64,000 bases of DNA from Candidatus Heimdallarchaeota archaeon (GTDB lineage: Archaea > Asgardarchaeota > Heimdallarchaeia > Hodarchaeales > Hodarchaeaceae). A program made the position numbers and the translations under genes. Positions 60,039-64,000 of the stretch are shown here, piece by piece (the first letter of the stretch is position 1; each line of letters begins with the position of its first letter). Location of the stretch: assembly GCA_048881705.1 (NCBI GenBank), contig JBHLSH010000007.1:1-64000 (forward strand). The letters run 5' to 3'. The notes beneath the pieces were generated by a model, which was not told where the DNA came from, did no database searches, and worked only from the letters and a program-made list of their open reading frames with translations.

Positions 60039-60878
60039 TTGTATCGAACCGATTCTTTAAAGCTGAATTTTGACCCGCAAATCCTCAATAGCTCGGAAGA
60101 AGAACCAATGACTGAAGAGAATCCTGTGGAAGTCGTCGCGATTGGCCCCCATCCCGATGATACAGAATTAGGGGTCGGGGGAACATTAGCTAAATTGGCT
60201 GATAGCGGAATTAGAACAGGGATAATAGACTTGACAAATGCAGAACCTACCCCTTTAAATGAAAAATACCGAAGCCCTGACGATTTTGATCCAGATTACG
60301 CGGAAAAGCGTTTGGCCGAAGCACAAGAGGCGGCTAGAATTCTTGGGGTGGAACGAATAAGTTTAGATCTTCCAAATCGGAGGCTATTTGACAATTTTGA
60401 AGCTCGCTGTCAATTGGCAACTATTTTTAGACGGTGGCGCCCTAAAGTTGTCATTGTGATGTTTGGAAAAACTTTAATGGCCTCCCCCGATCATTATCAG
60501 GCCCAGCTCATTACTGAAGCTGCGGTATTTTATTCTCGGCTCACAAAATGGGATAAATATTTTGATAGCCTTCCTGTCCACCGAATAAATACCTTATTAT
60601 ACTTTCCTGTACGTTTCATTGATCTAAATCCGAATGGATATACCTCATTTCTAACTGATATCACCGAATACGTGGATAAGAAAAAAGCGGCAATTCTGGC
60701 TTATAAATCCCAATTTGAGGATCAGGGGCATACTCATTTTCCCGAACTCTTGCTACGGTGGAACCAAACTCTAGGTTCCAGAATCGGCGTGAAATATGCT
60801 GAACACCTAGTTTCTCCCACTCCATTCCGCCTTGATAAGTTTGATTTCTTCCTAGGACGTGACACAAGGGCCCGATAA
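60039..60878 (+). CDS. PIG-L family deacetylase (BshB1/MshB-like)
   Basis: AIGPHPDDTELGVGGT, EA.EAARILG, PDH, K..AILAYKSQF, GVKYAE. Likely start ATG at 60108. Confidence 0.9.
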   Translation: MYRTDSLKLNFDPQILNSSEEEPMTEENPVEVVAIGPHPDDTELGVGGTLAKLADSGIRTGIIDLTNAEPTPLNEKYRSPDDFDPDYAEKRLAEAQEAARILGVERISLDLPNRRLFDNFEARCQLATIFRRWRPKVVIVMFGKTLMASPDHYQAQLITEAAVFYSRLTKWDKYFDSLPVHRINTLLYFPVRFIDLNPNGYTSFLTDITEYVDKKKAAILAYKSQFEDQGHTHFPELLLRWNQTLGSRIGVKYAEHLVSPTPFRLDKFDFFLGRDTRAR

Positions 60879-61144
60879 AAGAATAGACATCTTAAATGAA
60901 GGATGAGAATTTTCGCAAGAAAAATGACTCAAAAAAGTATAAGAATAGTCGGGGCAAAATAAATTTAAATATGACCCCTAAAACCGTCGGACAGAACCAA
61001 AATCTACTTTTAAGAAGTAAAAATGACCAATGGAACAGCTTGAGGGATCATTTTTTCAAAGAGTCCTGATACTTGAAATCGTTTGCTTATTTTGCTTTCT
61101 TGTTATGATTAAGGTTCCATTCGTTCAGAAATTGATGTGAAAAA

Positions 61145-61651
61145 ATGTCCAACTACAATTCAGAAGAAACACATGATGTAAAAATCGCCGATGTCAAACC
61201 ACTTGAAAAACGTCTAAATGTTGTCTTTCAGGTGACTAGTAAAAATCAAGAGCGAGAGATCAATAAGCGAACAGGTGAAACGCACAGAGTATGTGATTTC
61301 ACGGTTGCGGATGAAACAGGAATGATTACTCTAACTCTTTGGAATGAAGATATTGATGCTTTAGACGAAGAAAACGTCTATAAACTATCAAATGGGTTTG
61401 CTAATGTCTTTCAAAACTCCCTACGTTTATCCAAAGGGAAATATGGTAGTATAAGTGAAGATTCAACAGTTTTTGAGAACGTCGACACCGAAAACGATCG
61501 ATCAGCCGCCCATGTTGAGGATCCACGAAGGCAATCCTATGGAAGTAGAAGAGCAGATTACGGGTCGCAGCAATCATACGGATCATATGGAAGAAACCGT
61601 TCATCGGGAAACTATGATAATCAGCGTTCCAATCGACGGTCTCGCTGGTAA
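61145..61651 (+). CDS. ssb: Single OB-fold single-stranded DNA-binding protein with a low-complexity tail
   Basis: KIADVKP...LNVVFQV...VADETG.ITLTLWN...L.NGFA..FQ..L.L..GKYG, as in crenarchaeal SSB/hSSB1-type OB folds. Confidence 0.88.
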   Translation: MSNYNSEETHDVKIADVKPLEKRLNVVFQVTSKNQEREINKRTGETHRVCDFTVADETGMITLTLWNEDIDALDEENVYKLSNGFANVFQNSLRLSKGKYGSISEDSTVFENVDTENDRSAAHVEDPRRQSYGSRRADYGSQQSYGSYGRNRSSGNYDNQRSNRRSRW

Positions 61652-61779
61652 AAGAGATAAACAGGATTAAATCTATTTTGAGAATTAATTTCGGTACGAA
61701 TTAAAAACCGAAATTCCCCCCTCTTTATTACTTTTTAATTTTGGATCACAAATCAAATCCAAATACTTTTTTTTATCCT

Positions 61780-62097
61780 CTAGTCGAAATCCCAGATACT
61801 CCTACCCTTGTTAAAGAGTTCTACATGTCCACATCGCTTACAAGTCAGAATTGCAACCTTAAACGATGTAAATCCCCATTTACTATCCAATCGACCACTG
61901 TCCTTGGCAAATTTTTGATGTCCACAAAGACTGCAATGTAAAACCAGGTCATCTCCAGTGGATCGGTGTCCAAACCCAATTGAGGATCGGTCAGGTTTCA
62001 TGGGTTGGGAACTCGGATTATCTTGCAGGCTATTACCACAGCTTTTGCAAAATTTGGCAGTTGCTGTATTTTCTACTCCACATTTTTCGCAAAACAC
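61780..62097 (-). CDS. Double zinc-ribbon protein
   Basis: CEKC..FCKSC followed by CSLC...CKRCGHVELF (DUF2082-like second ribbon). Confidence 0.8.
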   Translation of the reverse strand: MFCEKCGVENTATAKFCKSCGNSLQDNPSSQPMKPDRSSIGFGHRSTGDDLVLHCSLCGHQKFAKDSGRLDSKWGFTSFKVAILTCKRCGHVELFNKGRSIWDFD

Positions 62098-62256
62098 TTT
62101 ATTTCTCGCCTAACTATTGAGTCGTGTGAGGAACGGTTAGGGGGTTTAAAAATTGTATGAAATCGGAATTGAATATTCTTTTAATGCAAAAAACTTGGTG
62201 AATACAGTCGCCTAAAAAGAAAGAAGAAAGGGTTAGGAAGAGAGGAGAAGAGGATT

Positions 62257-63918
62257 CTACTTTCTTCTTTTTCTGGCGTATATGGTGATTATTATCGCAA
62301 GACTGAACGCTAAGGCGATTTCATATCCTGGAGTCGAGGCTACCGTCGTAGTGGTGGTTAAATCACTGTATGAATCTGCACCAAAAATCAGGTAGATCTC
62401 ACCTTTGGCTTCATTTACCCAGGAAGCACTTATCGTAAAATCGTCGAATCCGTCATTGTTGATATCGCCAACACTTGTGACGGTGGTAGCAAACCGTCCA
62501 TTTGTCATTCCATAGTCCCAGCAGTTAGCATAATCTGGTGGGCAGGCATTCGAAATGAGCCCTCCTGCAATGGTGAGATCCGCTTCCGTTAACGATTGAT
62601 CCTCAACCCACTGCGCTGTTGGACGGCCGAAAACAGCGTATGCTTTTCCAATCGAGTCGGGATCTTGCCCGAAATTTGCTCCAATAAGGAGGTCATCGTA
62701 TCCATCGTTATTTATGTCCCCTGCTCCGCTTACAGAGTACCCGGCATACTCATTTCTTGAGGTGCCAATAAACGAAGCGCTAGCATAATCAGAAACACTC
62801 ACAACGGAGGAAGCGGCAGGCCATTGATCAGTGGAACGACCCAATAGTAGAAATGCCTGTCCAGTGTTAGTATTAGTGTGATCATCGTAGTAAGCGCCTA
62901 TTATGAAATCATCGATGTTATCATTGTTAACATCACCTGCTCCTGCCATCCATCTACCCATGAAGAGATTCGGAAGCCAGTGTTCACTTGGGAAACGTAA
63001 GGTAAAGTTCGCTACAGTGCTTATGTTCGCGTTCATTTGCCAGTTTTGGGCAGGACGGCCAAAAATTACTATACTTTCCCTAATGCTCCCTTCTCTCGTA
63101 CCTTCTCTAATAAATGGAAATCGGGCAATGATAAAATCGTTGTATCCATCATCATTAACATCCCCAATTCCGGCTGCGTTTGCGCCCAAAACCTCTCCTT
63201 CGTCCTCCACAGCCCCTATGAATGACGCATTTGCTACTTGATCTATGGGACTCGTTTTCTTCCATTGTCCAGTCGGACGTCCAAAAACAAGGTAGGCTTT
63301 ATCTTGCCATTCACTAGTAATAACGAAATCATCATATCCGTCTTGATTTATATCCCCAACGCCATCCATACCATGTCCTAAAAATCCCCTACCAACGAAC
63401 TCGGCATTAGCCTCAGTAATAGTTTGGGATATTCCCCAATTACTCGTACTTCTTCCCAAAATCAAATGGACAGTATCGTTAGGATCGTCTCCTCCCCAAT
63501 AGGCGGCGGTCAGAAAATCAAGGAAACCATCATTGTTGACATCTCCAACTCCCACGGGATTACTCAGCTGGTTAGTGACAGCTAGATCGATTACAACATC
63601 CGCATCATAAACCGAATGATTCGTCCAAGCTCCCGAATGACCAAAAAAGATGCGAAGTTGATTACCACCAATGACCAAATCGTCTATTCCATCATTATTG
63701 ATGTCATTAACCCGAGTGTTCGCAGAATATGCCCCCAACCATTCGGAATTGTTGGTTGTGAAGGCGATACCTTGCCCGTGGGAGAAGAACGTAGAGATGT
63801 GAAATCCCTGTTCAGGTTCTTGCCAAGGCAAGGCGCTCGTAGATAAAAGGAATAATCCTAAACTTACTGCTAGTAATAGGCTTAAAATTCGAAATTTCGA
63901 TTGGAATCCATTAGACGT
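62257..63918 (-). CDS. FG-GAP (integrin-alpha-like) 7-bladed propeller surface protein (proposed ACG start)
   Basis: Seven GD(I/V)NxDGxxD-type Ca-binding repeats, Thr-rich linker, TPGY-TM-RKRRK. An in-frame signal peptide lies upstream of the tracked TTG (63831). Confidence 0.85.
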   Translation of the reverse strand, partial: TSNGFQSKFRILSLLLAVSLGLFLLSTSALPWQEPEQGFHISTFFSHGQGIAFTTNNSEWLGAYSANTRVNDINNDGIDDLVIGGNQLRIFFGHSGAWTNHSVYDADVVIDLAVTNQLSNPVGVGDVNNDGFLDFLTAAYWGGDDPNDTVHLILGRSTSNWGISQTITEANAEFVGRGFLGHGMDGVGDINQDGYDDFVITSEWQDKAYLVFGRPTGQWKKTSPIDQVANASFIGAVEDEGEVLGANAAGIGDVNDDGYNDFIIARFPFIREGTREGSIRESIVIFGRPAQNWQMNANISTVANFTLRFPSEHWLPNLFMGRWMAGAGDVNNDNIDDFIIGAYYDDHTNTNTGQAFLLLGRSTDQWPAASSVVSVSDYASASFIGTSRNEYAGYSVSGAGDINNDGYDDLLIGANFGQDPDSIGKAYAVFGRPTAQWVEDQSLTEADLTIAGGLISNACPPDYANCWDYGMTNGRFATTVTSVGDINNDGFDDFTISASWVNEAKGEIYLIFGADSYSDLTTTTTVASTPGYEIALAFSLAIIITIYARKRRK

Positions 63919-63924
63919 TTTTTT

Positions 63925-63929
63925 TCACC
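63925..63929 (-). promoter_or_regulatory. Shine-Dalgarno-like GGTGA in front of the FG-GAP gene
   Basis: Same GGTGA plus 5-7 nt spacing seen at other starts in this window (38806, ~51445, ~53841). Confidence 0.55.
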
Positions 63930-64000
63930 TTTTGATTTTCTCAAAGTAGAAGTTCGAGTCCTGAAGCGGTTCAATCCTTGAGATTGCTTTTCATGGTAAT

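Noticed and set aside
63952-63961. GTTCGAGTCC resembling a tRNA T-loop
   Set aside because: The flanks cannot form a T-stem or acceptor stem, and there is no D-arm or anticodon arm.
1-64000. CRISPR arrays, IS elements, integrases, rRNA and tRNA genes
   Set aside because: I saw no regularly spaced direct repeats, terminal inverted repeats, transposase or integrase motifs, or structured RNA gene signatures by eye. A tRNAscan-SE/Infernal run would be definitive.

Overview
Gene-dense archaeal chromosome segment, most likely from an Asgard archaeon (Heimdallarchaeia-like). This is inferred from an Arf-like GTPase, a Roadblock protein, a longin-like domain protein, an integrin-alpha FG-GAP propeller, TPG(F/Y)-TM-basic surface anchors, F420 NpdG, archaeal AMP phosphorylases and GGTGA ribosome-binding sites. 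About 53 CDS cover housekeeping and catabolic enzymes (PMM/PGM, a methylcitrate prpBCD operon with a Ser/Thr dehydratase and PduO, malic enzyme, PPase, thiolase, MsrA, peptidases), three solitary Eco57I/TaqI-like DNA methyltransferases and several large surface proteins. I found no rRNA, tRNA, CRISPR array or transposase. The main observations are: (1) a bacterial-type class II CCA-adding enzyme with a degenerate HD domain, fused to an apparently circularly permuted P-loop kinase and lying between two DNA MTases; (2) a surface-anchored protein with two long amphipathic beta-hairpins suggestive of a beta-pore-forming domain; (3) two AMP-phosphorylase paralogues flanking an unknown gene; (4) two genes whose N-termini appear to need near-cognate CTG/ACG starts; (5) a PrpC lacking the catalytic His of the GPxHGG motif; (6) a longin-like / tandem-TrmB / Arf GTPase module. 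All family assignments come from motif recognition by eye, with no database searches.
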